A stretch of 64,000 bases of DNA from Phallusia mammillata (taxonomy: Eukaryota), in contig OZ281497.1 of NCBI GenBank assembly GCA_965637545.1, forward strand, positions 14,446,001 through 14,510,000, written 5' to 3'. The stretch's first letter is position 1, and each line of letters begins with the position of its first letter. A program made the translations under genes and the position numbers. The notes beneath the pieces were generated by a model, which was given only the letters and a program-made list of their open reading frames with translations, searched no databases and was not told the DNA's origin. Positions 25,401-39,975 of the stretch are shown here, piece after piece.

Positions 25401-28400
25401 TTCCTATGAATGTGTTCAATGTTTCTTTGCAGCCTTTCACGGTCCTTAATAAACCTTTCCATTTGTCTTTCAATCCTTGATATAGTTTCACGCTGCATTA
25501 CAATCTCATTGATCTATAGAAATCAATAATAATATGTTTAACACAAAATTTCTTGTGGATCAAGTTTTAAAATCCCATTCAAACCTTGGTCTGAACTGAC
25601 TTCCATTTGACGCGAGCAGTCCTGGAAGAAAACTCACTAGAAGCTTTTCTAGACCTTTGTTGTTTCTCTGTTGCCTAAAAACAATAATCAGTTGGGCTGG
25701 AGTTTGTATACATACATTTTTCTGCTGAAAATACCTGGTGTTGACTTGATGCAGCCGAAGTTGGTTTCTCAACAACAAATGTTGAATCCATGGTAACTGC
25801 TAAAAAGTTAAAAAAGTGAAAGCATTGAAAAAGTTTGGTATTAAATACTTAAATCGAACACTACCACGCTGTTTGGCTTGTTGGTTTCTGCCATATTTTC
25901 CTGATATTGGCTTTAATTGTTTGCGTAAAACTGAAACTTCCTCCTGTTTTCGTTTCATCATTTGATCCTTCTTTTTGTTTTCAGACTCAAGTGTTCTTAC
26001 TTTATTCTGAAAATAAAGTAAATTTTAATAAATGGGACTTTTGATTGAAAGTTTCAAACGAGTAGAAAAAGTTACAGATTTCTGACGAAATTCCCGCTTT
26101 AATTTTGTGATTTCCTTCATTTGTTTGTTTTCATGAACTTTGTTTCTTTTCTGGTCTTCTTTCATTTGACGAAGTAGGCGAACCTAAATGTAAAAGATGG
26201 TGATTTGTTTCAGACATAAAAATACAAGTACATCAAAATATCCCTGGTCAAAACTACTAATTTTGTTTCCATTATCACCTTCAAAACAAAAATACCTTTG
26301 TTTTCTTCATTTGATCCAATTCATTTCTTAAGGATTTTAGTTGGTTTGTTGATTTTGACTGCTCACGAACAAGTCGATCATGGCTTTTCTTGGCTTCCTT
26401 TAATAGTACAGTGTTTGAAAAACTTACCGTAATAGAACACCAACTTTACATGCAAGAAATTACCTGTAATTTTGACATTTCTTTTTTCATAGTATCAAGT
26501 TGTTTTTTGTACTGAGCTCTGACTTTATTAGCTTCTTCAGTGCCAGCACTAGATTTGGTATCTGAAAAACAGTATGTATAACTTACATGCAAAGAACAAT
26601 CTCAAGGTCATTCAATTTTCAAAAACACCAAAAATTTCGAAAGTGGTTGTCAACAACACAAAAAAGACAATATCTTTTTCAAGTTTCCAAAAGCGTGTTT
26701 TTAAATTCATTTTTTAATTTGAAGACTAGTGAACAAAAACTCAGCATGATGGCATTGTTAAGCACAACACCAAAGTGGAACAACAATAAAATTGTTCCAT
26801 ACCAAGACCATTAAGAACTTTGTCCCTTTCCACTTCTGTTGCCTTAATTCGGTTGGACATTAGCCTCAGTTTGTCTTCGTATTGCTTTTGCATAGTGCTC
26901 ATGCGCCTTTGCATCATTTCAAGCTCATTGACAAGTTGTTGTTTGACGTCAATTTCATAAGTGATTGTTGCAAATTCTTCCTGTATTGACTCTGAAATTG
27001 ATCAATAAAAATCCAGCGTTGAGTGATAAATGTTGCCCTGTAAACCATTTTTACATCATTTTGATGGAGGTTGTAATTTAACGTTAGGGATTCAAATAAC
27101 TAAAAACAGCTAACAAGCTAAGATAAAGTAGCATGACAATACATGGGATTAAATTCTTTAAACTATGTACTTTTGATCTAATTTTGAATGGAGATGTCAC
27201 ACCTAATGAGGGTTACCAGTTTATAATGGTTGCAAGATGATTATATAGGCACAGTGCAAGTAATATAGGTTTTTGGCAGCCAAAATATTTAAAACATAAA
27301 TAACACATCCATACATAAATGAATAAAATTAGGCTCAAGCAAAGCAAATAACAAATTATTTACATAATCACATTGCAGCAAGATTAAAAAAGCATATTTA
27401 GTTGCAGTTTTTTTTGTGACAATTATTTGCCGAATGGGATAATTAGGATCGAAATGATTAAAAATCAGCTACAACTAAAATTTCGTGAAAAACAAGCTAA
27501 TATCAATTAAAAAAGCTACCATCAATTGGATTATCTTTTTCTTCTGTTACAGGGATTTCTGTTGAATGCAAGAAGAGATATATTGTCAAACACATTTTGC
27601 CCACAAAATCACTACTTCATTGCATTCTACTACAGTTTTAGATCTTAAATAACACTGTTTTGCCAGATGGCTAGCAAATAAGTTCAATTTTAACAATTAC
27701 TGAGACTAGGACTAAACAACTTTGCAGCACATCAGATTTTGATGCAGATAAATAATTCTTTAGTTTAGCTTACATCACATCGCCTGTTTTGTATTTTAAG
27801 CCATGCTATTATTTGCAAGACAACAAATAAATGTCCACCTGTAAGTTCCTCCTCATACTCGTCCATACTCTCTTCATTTTCATCCTCAGTCGTCACAACA
27901 GTGTCTTCTGCATCTGCCTCTGATGCTTCTGTCTCCGCATCAGATACACTCTACAACACATCATAATTAACACAAAGCAAGCTAAAGATCACAAAGATAT
28001 GTAAATTAATTGCACTGAAGTAGAATGACTTAAAAACAGCATGAAACATACTTGCTCAGAAACGTTGCCATTTGGAACTCCTTCATTTTCTACTGCAGGT
28101 TTATCTGCATCTGATTCTTTGCTTTTTTGCTTTTTAGAAGTCCTGGAAAATAAATACAAACTTTTTTATTTAAACAATTTTGTCAAAGTGCAAATTCCAA
28201 AATGTAATGGTGCCACCTCTAAGCATCACACAAAATATAAACATACAGGTCCACCGAGATAATTAACTTAACATCAAGGGATCACCGTGACAACCAACCT
28301 AGATTTGTTTTGAAGCTCATTCTTCTTTTGTTCCAACTTATCAATATCTTCTTTAGCAAGTTCCAGAATTGGTTTCCCATTCCCATTGGGCAATTCCGGC

Positions 28401-31400
28401 ATTTCAAAGTCAAGTGAAGCTTTGGACAAACCACAAAGAAGTAATGTCAAAACATAGCTGGATTTTATTGTGGAAGTTCAGCTTTATTTCACACCTTACG
28501 TTTTCATAAAAAAATTAAAATTATTTTTTTAATCAAGGCAAATGCCCATCCTGATTGGCTTGTAGTGTTATGCTGAAATATTATTTTTTTGTTACCATTT
28601 AAAGGAACATGATGAGGGCTTGTCATTCTTCGGAATGGAGATGTGTTATCCGATTTTCTTCTTAGATTCGAACACATCCCTTCACTCTCCACAAGTTTGG
28701 ATCTAAAGTTATGACAATTTTTTTTCAGTTTTTTAGTACTTAAACATATCTACAAAATTCAAATAAAATACATTTCATAATGTTTAGTTAAGAAAAATAT
28801 TAAAATGAGTGTGTGCATACTTCAAGTCTTCAATTTCATTGATGTAATTTTTAATCATGTTTCCGACTTCTTCACTGCCTTCTCCATCGCCCGAAATTTT
28901 GCTTTGAACCAATGTTGCCGAAAAATCAACTAAACGCTGATTTTGGCTTTCAATAGTTCCCTAATATCCAAAAACTGTTTGAGTAAACTGTGGTATTTTT
29001 TTACATAAGTCAACAAGGTTTACCTGCATTGCTTTAATCTTCATTCTAAGGTTTTCATTTTCCTTTTGCAGCATGTTGTTTTCTTGAAACATGTCATTGT
29101 AAGCTTCCACACCATCTTCTCCGACAATTCGTTTACCCTACATGTATTAAAATAATCACAAAACTGAGAAATTTTTTGTGTGCATTTTATGGCAAACTAT
29201 TAGGTTTATACTCTACATAGGTACTTTTATCTTTTCACAAATTCAAGAAAAAAACAACCTGCATGTTCAAATATAAAGCATGCTACTTGAGTTTGACTGT
29301 GGACAAGCATACGGACATTACTTCATATGTCACTTCTATTATCTAAGTTCAGTACATTTATAAAGGGCAAGTAGACTCAAAACAGCTTGCTACATTAGTC
29401 TTCACATTCATTTGTAACTTAATGAAAACCAAAAAAGTCTTTTTAGCAAAAACTTACAGTTTTATATTCTGTCAATTCTAGTTGTAGTGATGCAATTTGG
29501 TGTCTCAACACTTGAATCTGCTTGCTTGTGCTGTCTTGGTTTGCTGTCACTTTGTTCTTAATGTTGCGTGCACGGTTTGCATATTTTAATGTGTTTAAAG
29601 TCTCCATGAAATCACTGTCTGAAGGACTTGTGCATGCGATCATCAGTGTGCGACTACAATACAAAAAGCACATATAGTAGTGACAAGTGGCTCGAAATGA
29701 ACTTCACAGCATATTTGTTTCTTTATTATTACAGCCCATAATGACCATACAGGGTAGTGATGGGACGGGTACCCGGTACCGATGGTATCGAACGATTTCA
29801 GTGGTATCGATACTCGTACTCTGTATCGAAATATTTTGCCTCAGTTTTCGATACCAACGTGCGAGTACCAAAGGGCGATTTACACCATAAGAATACGGGC
29901 AACTTTATACCAATATTTGCTTTGGACAGCACAAAATTGGGAAAAAGTTCCGCCAGTTTACGTATATCTTTTTCGCTATCACGTGGAGATTACATTTTTC
30001 GGCATGTATGTGTGCATGCCTGTACCCTGACCATGGCAGATAAATTAGCCAGTGATATACAACTAAGTACAACACTACACCTAAGTACTCGGTAATCGTA
30101 CTCGGTATCGAAGGTATATACATGTGGTACTCGTACTCGGTACTCGCTTCAAAACCTGGTATCGTCCCATCACTAATACAGGGCAAAACAATTAACCATA
30201 TAAACTGTATTTTTGAAAATCTTCAAGACATTTATAAGAATGGTGATTGAACAGGACAACAGTAAAATGATGTGCAACATGAAAAAGGCTCATGTGGCAA
30301 ATAACAGTAGACATCAATCATTGTCCTGTGTATCCTACTAATTACACTTCATACCTGTTTCCTCCTAAAGAATCCTGCAGCATGCGAGTGAGCTTAGAAT
30401 CTCGGTACGGAACATGTGACGATTTTTTGCTTACATCTCCCAAAGCACTAATTACGTTGCCCAGAGCCAGCTAAAACAGACAAAAAAATTGTTAAAAAGA
30501 TAAAAGCTGAAAAGTACAAATGACAAAATAAGACATACAAGCCCACAATTAATGGAGATTCCCTCCTTAGCACGCTTTCCAGTAGCACCAGTTCGTTTCA
30601 ATCTCTCTGATCCAGCCAAGTCAGTGAAGTGAAACTTTGCAGATAAAGTCTCAAATTCCAACTTGGACTTACTGTAATTTGTGAATTAATACTGTGAGTG
30701 AAATCACTTTGAGGTAATGTTTACATTCTATTTTAAGCCAAATTTGAGTCAAATCCAATTTAACTAAAACAATTCCATCCTTTTCTTTGAGTAATGAACA
30801 ACACAAAATATTTCAATGTCAGTGGACTGTAATTAAGTACAAGGTATATATGCATGTGTGACATTTATCAGTCCATGTTGAACCTACACAAAAAGTATAT
30901 GAAGCTGTGACAAAGCAGGAAGTCCATTGCTACCACAGTCTTCATGCTCTTTTGTTTTCCCTAAATTTACCACTAAATTGACCAGCAATAACCCTACCTA
31001 CCTCACTTCTTTTTCTTTGGGTGGAGTTTCAGATTCAGGAGTTGAAGCTGCACTCTGTGAAAACAAACAACAACAACAACAAAATAATAAATCGTTCATG
31101 TTATATGTGATATTTGTTGAATATCCTTACGCCAGACTTTGCCTTGCACACCCTGGTCTGTTTGATATGAATTGTGAAGATGGCATGAGATCTTGAACTC
31201 TGGGCATTCATTTGGGTTGCAGCAGTAGTTCTGTTCAGTGCTCCAGCATGCAAACATTTTAGTGTCTAAAAACAAATTTTGAATTGTTACTTTGACCAAT
31301 GTATGAACCAAACAATACCTGCAATAAACTGCTCAGTTCAATATTATACCAAGTCTACAACAAACCCCACAAAACATGTTACAAGCATGTACATAATTTA

Positions 31401-34400
31401 ACTTAAGACATATGCTTGTTGCTTTAAGCTTCGTATGAAAGACTGTGTGGGTATGCCCACTACTGAAGTGGAATTACTAAGTGTGTTGACCAACATGTTT
31501 CTTGTTCAGCCAAAACATTTAAAAGACAAGAAACACACACAGAAAAAGTAACATATGATAGGATAGAAAATGAACAAAAATGTGATAAAATCAGTATATT
31601 CAGTTATTAACTTCAGACAAATTGACTTCGTAAATATGATAGCAAATAGTCCAATTGCTTTGTAGAACCACAATGTTTTACATAGTATTAGGCTTGTCAA
31701 GATGTTTGCAAAATCCTTTTTGAGCAATTTGTACAAGTCATTTTGTTTGAGCAAATACTTAAATGTCAGTTTTTGTTGAAAGTCAACAAAGTCATCAAAC
31801 CAGTGTTGACTCAACAGATTCTTTAAGCCACAAAGCAATCATATGTTCAATAAGAATTGTGTTCTTAGTAAGAATCAAAACAAACTTGTATATTTTTGCA
31901 ACAAGTAAAAAAACAGCTTTTATTTATACACCCCCATGGTACAACTACTATTTCTTGACTGTTGAGTTAGTATTGAAACAGCTGGCCATGTGTTTTGGTT
32001 AAGTGCAATAAGGCTTCTTTAAGTGCCAACTTAGTTCGGTTTTGGTGACTTTTCATGTGGATACAATCATGTCAAACTTGTTGGACCAAATATCAAAGGC
32101 CATTTAGAAACCACGGAACACAAGCCCGAGTTTCATTTTGCCCAGCTCACCTCTTCAGCATTGGAGACTTGTTGTGCCGTCACACCAACTGTGTAAATAT
32201 TTCCACTTGCATCTTCATGAATTCTAATATTGGATCTTCCCTAAAACATGTTTTGAAACTTTAGAAAACTGCTATTAAATTAACAAACCACATAATATTC
32301 ACTATTAACCTATTTATCACTAAATCTGTTACTAGTAAGCACATAATGTTGCTATTGACTATTTGGACATAATTAATTCATAGAATTTTTTGTCATTTTA
32401 TCCTACACTTGAAAATAGATTTTTTTAAACATGGTAGGACACAATTTCACATTGTTACAGTACAATAAATGAGGAATTAGGCAGCTATTAGTGTCAGTTA
32501 AACAACTCATATCCATGCCCTGGGGACAACAATTTCCACCATAAGTATATATGTTTATTTGCCAATCAAATAAAATCAGCAAATAGCCAACAAAAATATA
32601 AAAAGTACACTTTTTGAAATAAACTTTGTGTAAACTTTTTGTGGATATTGTATAGTCAAAAACACACTAAAAACACTGATTTTTAATGAGCTATACACAA
32701 CCAAAACAAAACATTCTGATTTGTGCTTTCAACAAGTTGTGCATGTTATGAAACTCTGACAAGTGACTTACCCTGTTCGCGGGATCTCTTGTTGTATCAA
32801 ATAAATCAATAATCTCCTCATTGTACAGTTCCATAAACTGAGCACTTACAATGAATTCTGGTACGGGAAGATTGTTTTGTGTGGCATCTGCTTTCCTGTA
32901 ACCCATGAAAGTTTCATAACATAGGAAATGAACGGACAAGGGAATGAAGGGAATATTGTTTATACAGAACAAAATATGAACTGTAAGAATTACAATACAG
33001 ACATCAGTTTTTTTTCTAAACCTATCAATGTTTGTTAAAAACGCAACATTTTTTAATTTTAGTTTTCATCACACAAAAATGTTAATTTTAGTTTTCATCA
33101 AAAATAAGCAACAAATCTCTCTTTTATTATTTTTTTGCATTTTCTTAAAGGCTACATTGCACACATAAAACAATATTACTGTACCTTGAGTTAATCCCTT
33201 GAAATAAATGTTTCATGGCTCGTGGTATAACCCCAAGTTCTTCAGGGGAAGTGGTAACATCAAAACCTGTACCCATGGTGTATGTTTTTCCAGAACCAGT
33301 CTAAAATGAGGCATAAAAAATATGTGAAAAAGGAGTTGAATAGAACCCTTGGTGAAGAGTACCTGTCCGTATGCAAGCACAGTGGCATTATACCCTTCAA
33401 AGCAGCCTTCAACCAATGGTTTAATGCAGGTGTCATAAACAGTATGTTGTTCAGTCGGTGTGTCAAATACGTAGTCATATGTAAATGCTTTGTCTTTTCC
33501 TAGTGTAACCTAAAGAACACAAAAATGTAAATACCTGATTGTCGAAATATTTTTGAGTATATATACTTTTGTCTTGTTCACAAGAAAAAGAAAACAAAAA
33601 ACATAAATTTCAGTTGTCTTGGCAAAAAGGTGATTTAAACAACTGTGACAAACAGATAGTGGAAAACACACAGATGCACACAATGCAGAATGTACACAGA
33701 CCACTTAGTGGCCTATGATAAGAATGAAGGTAGAAAACCACTGATAAACTAGAAGTAGATTATTTTAACAAAGAATTGATGATAACTTTTACTTCAAATT
33801 TTTTGTTTAGACTTATTTGGGGTTCAAAATTTGTATGCATGTGCAGATTATACGTTGATATACGTTCTGCTGGATTTACTTCAATTTTTTTTTTTGATAG
33901 TTGACTAGGATTCTTGTAATTTTATTTGAATTTTAAATGTCCTTGTTTATCATTTAGATGACAGTAACAAAAAGTCTGTTTAGGACAGAAAGTCTGCTTT
34001 AAACAAAAAAGCTGAGGTTATTGATTTGTAGCGCCGTAGCAGACTAGTGGAATGCTTTGTCACAACAAGAATATCACTAAATAAGTGATAAGCTATATTC
34101 GGTGAATGTTAATTTCCATTTGAAGCTACATTTTGCCAGTTAACAATAAAAAGCAGTGTTATTATTTAATTTGTAAATGCATTTTATAGACACGTCCATT
34201 TGTTGGAAATGCCATAATGCTAGTTTACAGACCTGCGGTTCTCCTGGTGTAACAAATGTGCAAATTCTACATGCTTCAATTTTCTCTCTAGCAAGTTGTG
34301 GACGAATCCTTAAAAAAGAATGAATTGTTGGTTAATGGTTACGTATACATTTTAATACAAGTCAGTTAAATCAAGCACAACATGTTTAATTGCCACTACA

Positions 34401-34482
34401 TTCCCTTTAACATTTGTTTAAGTGTAAACACTGTACCTCACCTTAAAGCAACTTGTACGCTGGTACCATCTTCATCAACCAT
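16489..34482 (-). CDS. KIF21: Kinesin-4 family KIF21 (motor, coiled coil, WD40), many exons
   Basis: Starts [27 protein letters not shown]; [23 protein letters not shown] (P-loop), [56 protein letters not shown]; WD40 repeats; last exon [13 protein letters not shown] (stop 16489-16491). Confidence 0.95.
17253..17322. mobile_element. Very short, internally deleted MITE remnant
   Basis: TIRs CAGGGCTGTCCGAA / TTGAACAGCCCTG only 70 bp apart; no clear TSD. Confidence 0.45.
17543..17759. mobile_element. hAT-type MITE in the last KIF21 intron
   Basis: TIRs CAGTGGTCGGCAACC / GGTTGCCGACCCCTG; perfect 8-bp TSD GTGTAACC (17535-17542, 17760-17767). Confidence 0.9.
22451..24033. mobile_element. hAT-type non-autonomous element (1583 bp) in a KIF21 intron, carrying a nested insertion
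   Basis: TIRs CAGGGGTCACCAAACT / AGTTTGGTGACCCCTG; perfect 8-bp TSD ATATAGAT (22443-22450, 24034-24041); no transposase ORF. Confidence 0.9.
22768..23696. mobile_element. Helentron/HINE-like element nested in the hAT element
   Basis: Sub-terminal inverted repeat ATGGGTCCCC (22768-22777) / GGGGACCCAT (23684-23693); 3' hairpin TCCCCTTC-agg-GAAGGGGA (23670-23688); internal ~157-bp tandem duplication (units start at 23344 and 23501). Confidence 0.55.
29755..30175. mobile_element. hAT-type MITE (TAGTGATG family) in a KIF21 intron
   Basis: TIRs TAGTGATGGGACG / CGTCCCATCACTA; perfect 8-bp TSD ATACAGGG; second copy in opposite orientation at 37091-37500. Confidence 0.9.
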
Positions 34483-35410
34483 TGTACTTGCACCTAAACT
34501 TTATCCACCAAAACTATCGCTTGAAACAATTTTCATTTTTTGACATCTACACAAATTGAATAATTTACAGTCTAGGGGAAGTATACTTTTTACCACAACA
34601 CAGGATAAACCACAATGGATCGTAAACGTATATTTTTGGGGATGAAAATACAAACGTATCGCATAACATACAACAGCACGCACAAGCCTCCACATTCGAA
34701 AGCTTCAGTCATAATTATTGGACTTTTTGACTGCAAAAAACAGCTCTAAACGCGTTTCCAACCAAACATGTATCGCAAATTAGAAAAACGTTCCCCTTGA
34801 ATCTCTATTCTGTTATGGTGTCCGCTCTGCATTCAACAGTTCAACTTGTTCATTTTGGTTTTTGCGCTTGCATTCGCAGTGTTTATATACGCTTGAGCGC
34901 ACACCAAAGTCATGGTATGAATCAAAGAAAGGATATTTATTTCAATGAAGATTCATACGGATTCTGTCGGTAAAAAATGTATAAAAATAACCAAATACTC
35001 TGGTACCGTATATTTGCAGTTAAATAGTCGTCTTTACCATATTAAAACAAGTTGTGTGGTGCCTTTACCGGTTAAAAAGGCAAGCGACATGCGACAACTG
35101 AAAGCACGCGCGACATCGCAAATTCAACAAGCACAAGTTGCTGAATATAACTAATGCTGACTGCTGAGCAGCGAGCACTGAGCAGTGTCTCTCTGAGTTG
35201 CTGGCTTGTCTTGTTTTCATGTTTGATATTGATAGGCATATCAGAAAGCTTACGTCTTTTCAATCATTAAGTGCTTTCTTTGCTATGTATACTGTTCTGT
35301 CCGAGTAAAAAAACTTTTTTATTTTGTTTGTTTTAACTTTTATTTGTTGAACCGCAATGTTAACAGTAACAAACACGTGTCATTGTATTTAGACATATTC
35401 AAGCTGGAGG

Positions 35411-36810
35411 ATGACTTTCGTACACTTTGTTAACTGTATGGCGTTGGCCTATGCTCCCTATGTGGTGACATACAAATCTTCAATCCTGTAAGTTTTAACA
35501 TTACTGTTTTGTACACCTGCATTAAAAAAGAAATAAGAAAACAAGTATTTGTAATATATCTTATGTTCCTCAATCCTTGCTATTAAGCTAAAATTGATGA
35601 CTAACTTTAACAGCAATCAACTTGTATTTTTTTAATATTGTTGAAAGCGGTAAACTGGCATTATAGTTATTGTAAATTAAAATTATTGTGTGCTAAATTA
35701 TAATCTTGGTTTGTTCTACAGGTCTGAGTACAGTGCCTTAATGAAAGTTTTGTTTGCTGGAATGGTGTACATGCTGACACAACTTGCAAAAATGTTGACT
35801 TTGGCCACTTTTTTTCCAACTTTGGAGCCAACCAGCTCTGGTGCAATCAATATTGTTGGCGAAGTTTTAAAAACAACTGTAGATATGGCTGACTTAGTAG
35901 GAATCTATTTTATTATCAATCGCACTGTAGGAAAACCCGAGCTGAAAGGCAAGTAGTGAAAGTGGGGACCTGGGAGTTTTAATGTTTCAATTTTTGTTTG
36001 TTTGTATATTGCAGTTCTTATTGCTGGTGTTGGTTGGGCCGGAGCTCAAGTTTTGTTCTCAAATTTTCTGTCTTTTTGGTTTGGAGCTCGTGGACTTGAA
36101 TTTGATTGGAAGTATATTCAAATGGCTCTGGATGCCAACATCACCTTGGTAAAACAGTTTTTTAGAAAAATGTATTGATTTCACTGTTTCTCTTTTGGGT
36201 CCCTTTCCCATAAGTAACAAGAAGTTTTAAAGTTTGGGTGAAATTTAATGAATACATTCCATGCTTCTTACCACTTTTTGATTTTAAGAATCGTGGCACT
36301 ATTTACATTCAATACTGACATCATTTTGCATTTACGCATTTGTGGAAACCCATTCGTTTCTGCTTGCAAAAAATTTAAACACCCTGTTGAAATTACTTAA
36401 CAAATGTATCTGCTATGTATGTAAAGAAATGGTACATGTAAAAATACAACATAAATAATTTCAACACATAATAAACCCATTTTCTAATGTATGTTGTTCT
36501 CACATTTGGTACTGGTGTGTGTAAAGTCGCTTCATAGTAAAAAAAATGTGTAATAAATTTTGGTGTTTAGGTTCACATTATTGCAACTGCGGCACTGGTA
36601 TGGACATGGACCAGGAATGATCTCAACCGTACACTGCTTCCTATGGTTACTGTGATGTTGGTATTCAGTGTTTTTCGTACAATCATTGCTGACATAATTG
36701 TGCAGTTGTTCTCACTTAACCCTTGGTCCTATTTATTGTTGAAAGCCATCATGACTTTTGTAACTGCAGCATTATCACTACAGTTGTATGTAGGCTTTAC
36801 CGATATGTGA
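35411..36810 (+). CDS. TMEM147: Transmembrane protein 147 (BOS complex subunit), 4 exons
   Basis: MTFVHFVNCMALAYAPYVVTYKSSILSEY...QLAKMLTLATFFPT...WFGARGLEFDWKYIQMALDANITL; stop 36808-36810; divergent from KIF21. Confidence 0.92.
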
Positions 36811-37090
36811 TAATAATTTATGTACATGGTAAATTGGTTTTATTTACACAATGCTTCTCTGATGTGACGGTGATCTAAAACGAGTTGAACATCGCCTTGT
36901 CCAGTTTGTGATAATGTAAAAATGTTTTTGTTGTTGAATAGCATTCAGAAACGTTTTTTTGCAATACTATAATTACCAATATTTTGTCTATCAGTGTGCT
37001 TTATTGTGTAATATTATTGTTGTTGTTCAATGTGACAGAAAAATTCCTCTAAATTTAAACATTTTTTTAAAAATTAATTCCGGATATTGG

Positions 37091-37500
37091 TAGTGATGTG
37101 ACGATACCAGGTTTTAAAGCGAGTACCGAGCACGAGTACCACATGTATATACCTTCGACACCGAGTACTTAAGTATAGTGTTGTACTTAGTTGTATATCA
37201 CTGTCTAATTTATCTGCCATGGCCGGGGTACAGACGTGCACACACACATGCAGAAAAATGTAAAAAATGTCCACACGAAAGTGCATAAAAATATACGTAA
37301 CCTTGCGGAACTTTTTCCCAATTTTGTGCTGTCCGAAGCAAATATTGGCAAAAAGTTGCCCGTATTCTTATGGTGTAAACCGGCGTTCGGTATCGAACTA
37401 TGGCATCGAAAACTGAGATAAAATATTTCGATACCGAGTACGAGTATCGATACCACTGAAATCGTTCGATACCGAGTACCGGAAACTCGCCCCATCACTA
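37091..37500. mobile_element. hAT-type MITE, inverted copy of the 29755-30175 family
   Basis: TIRs TAGTGATGTGACG / CGCCCCATCACTA; TSD GATATTGG / GAAATTGG (7/8); shares GGTATCGAACGATTTCAGTGGTA (reverse complement) with the 29755 copy. Confidence 0.88.
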
Positions 37501-39975
37501 GAAATTGGTTTAGACAGCATCAAATCAAAGAGTTGACGTTGTCGCTGGGCAGAGTTTTCTGTTTGAAGCGAATAGGTTGTATTTGTAAGCCCTGAAATCC
37601 GAAAGAAATGACGTCCACACCATTCTCTAATTTCAACGTCGACTCTGCGGTAAAATTTGCTAATTTTGGATCAATAATAAAAACGGTTTGAGCCCTTCTT
37701 GTGCGTTTGACAACTATTCAAGAATAGTTCTACAAGATATCAAAAAAACCTACACTCCAAATCGGTTTGTTCATTTTTATGTGCCGTTGCAGTCTTGCAC
37801 CTATCTGTTGGATTTAGTCCGTTGAGAATGATAACAAACAAACCACCTGAACGTTCTCTAATTTTATACGCAAACTTCTAGATATGCACAAATGCGGTTC
37901 AAAAGAAAACCGGATTGTGTTTGTTTGTTATCGTTCTCAACGGACTTAACCAAATCCAAACTAGCCTACCTCTGTCGCCTGGTTGAATTTAGCGTATTCG
38001 AAACCCTGTGGCAAAACAAACAATGGACGAATTTTTTGAAAAAGGAAATCTCTATGGATTTTCCCGTTTCGGTAAGGTGTCGTTGCCTGAATAAGAAAGG
38101 GTACAAACTGAAACCTGATAGCAAAAAGGATATCTGTGCAGAATGTGTTGTCTCTGTTAACATCGAAGATGCGAACAATGTATGACTTTTATTCAATTGC
38201 AAATGAAAGTGACCTGAAAATGAACGCATCCAACAACAGTACATGTGAAGTTGGTACGTACGTGGGCTATATTTTTTTGTTCGTGAATCGGTAACATTTT
38301 GTAACTTAACAAGTGTGCTTGTTATTTAATATTTTCCACTGAATCCAAGCTGCTAAACTTGCATGGCGTTGTTATTGGTGCAAAAGTTTTAGATTTAGAC
38401 GAATTGATAGAATACGTAGATTTTACATCGACCAAAAAATATGCAAGTTTAATAAAAAATATCTTAATAGCTATCTGACGTTTCAACTAATGCGAACAAA
38501 TACTATTGTCTGAATAATATTTTTGTTGTATGAAGTTAATATATTTTAAAAGGCGATTCCGACAGTCCTAAACCAGTTTGGTTTTATTAGGAACAAACAA
38601 GTTATTCAAAATCACCTGTTGAATATAGGTCTTTTGGGTTCTGGCATATTCGCGGGCTATATCAGGTTAAATGTCCGGGTTTTGATTCGATCGAACCTCT
38701 TTAATGGTATTGCTTAAAAACACAAACTTTAAGGCAATTTAGTATCTCGTTTCAAAGTTATCATAAGATCGTTATATAGTCAAATTTTAACGAACATCGA
38801 CCTAATAAGAGTTTAAACGCGACCAATTATACCCAATTCAAAAACAGTATTAAACATTTTTCTATTATGATGAAGTAAAGTTAATTTTTTATAGCTGACT
38901 TTCCCATTCGAACCCGAAGTAAAACTGGCAACATATTGCCATAAAAATGATACAGGCAAGAAAACCAATAGTTTTCACGTAGCCCAGCCGGGAACCTTTA
39001 CACGCTGTAAGAAACGATTTATGCTTGTGACCAGATATTAAAGAATGTTGTTTACATTCTTATAAAAAGTGACATTTGCAAGCGCGGTTACTTGTTTGTT
39101 TCAAAATTCATGACTGTGGATCTACACACAAATAACACAATTAAGACTTGGTGACATACCAAATAGAAAGAAATATTTCTATAAATTAGTAAACTCATGG
39201 ATCACAATTAAAATTCCTTTTAAGCTTGATTTATTACCATCCATTGCCCCGTCATGATAAAATTCTATCATATACTGTATTAACAGTTTCTAGATGACGC
39301 TGATCCCACCAATTAACAAATATCCTGTTTTATAACCACAAATATAATAAACTCTTACGATCATGTTTGTTAGTGTAGGCCTACTAAAATGTTTATTATA
39401 TATACGGTGTTCATAAAAATTTTGCACGGCTTTAACCTTTTGTTTGTGGTTAGACGTGATCGCGCAAATGGCCACATATGGTGTGTTTATTGCTTGAATC
39501 GTTATTCGCCACGGAAAAATTTCAGTAAATGCATCTCTACATGGGTCATTTTAACAACGGTTGTAAAACAACATGCACTTAAAGTTTTGTTAAAAGCAAT
39601 TGCGTTTTTTACTCAATTTGTAAAATGATACTTTTCGTAATGTTGCAATTTTTCTGATCAACCATGTGCCTGGTCTAACCCCTAAATGACTGTGTTTTTA
39701 CCCAAATCAGAAAGGGGGGTGTATTTCTCAAAAATTGAGTGTTTTCCTCTAGAATAAAGGCATTTATGAATGTCATTTATACAATCGCTAAGGATCTATG
39801 CTAAGAAATATTTTTTTTTTGGTTTTCAAAACAATCTCGAATAATCACACGTTTTGGGAAATCTTTATTTCCAGGTTAAAATCAGTTGTGAGTTTTAAAA
39901 AAACAAATGCAACAATGGCAACAGAACAGGGAATGATTCCCAGAATCAATTTACCAGGATTTATAATCTCGAATA

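Noticed and set aside
29687-30186. Overlapping ORFs 29687-30186 and similar ORFs at 37074-37498
   Set aside because: They lie within two copies of a non-coding hAT MITE; no transposase motifs.
31506-31838. 110-codon ORF inside a KIF21 intron
   Set aside because: Non-ATG start, AT-rich low-complexity composition, no family motif; no complete C/D snoRNA box arrangement found either.
34927-34935. ATATCCTTT on the minus strand resembling a U12 5' splice site
   Set aside because: Upstream of the KIF21 ATG with no matching branch point/AC acceptor identified; probably chance.
37892-38244. Overlapping 92-97 aa ORFs upstream of the GPCR
   Set aside because: No recognisable domain and no exon chain could be built.
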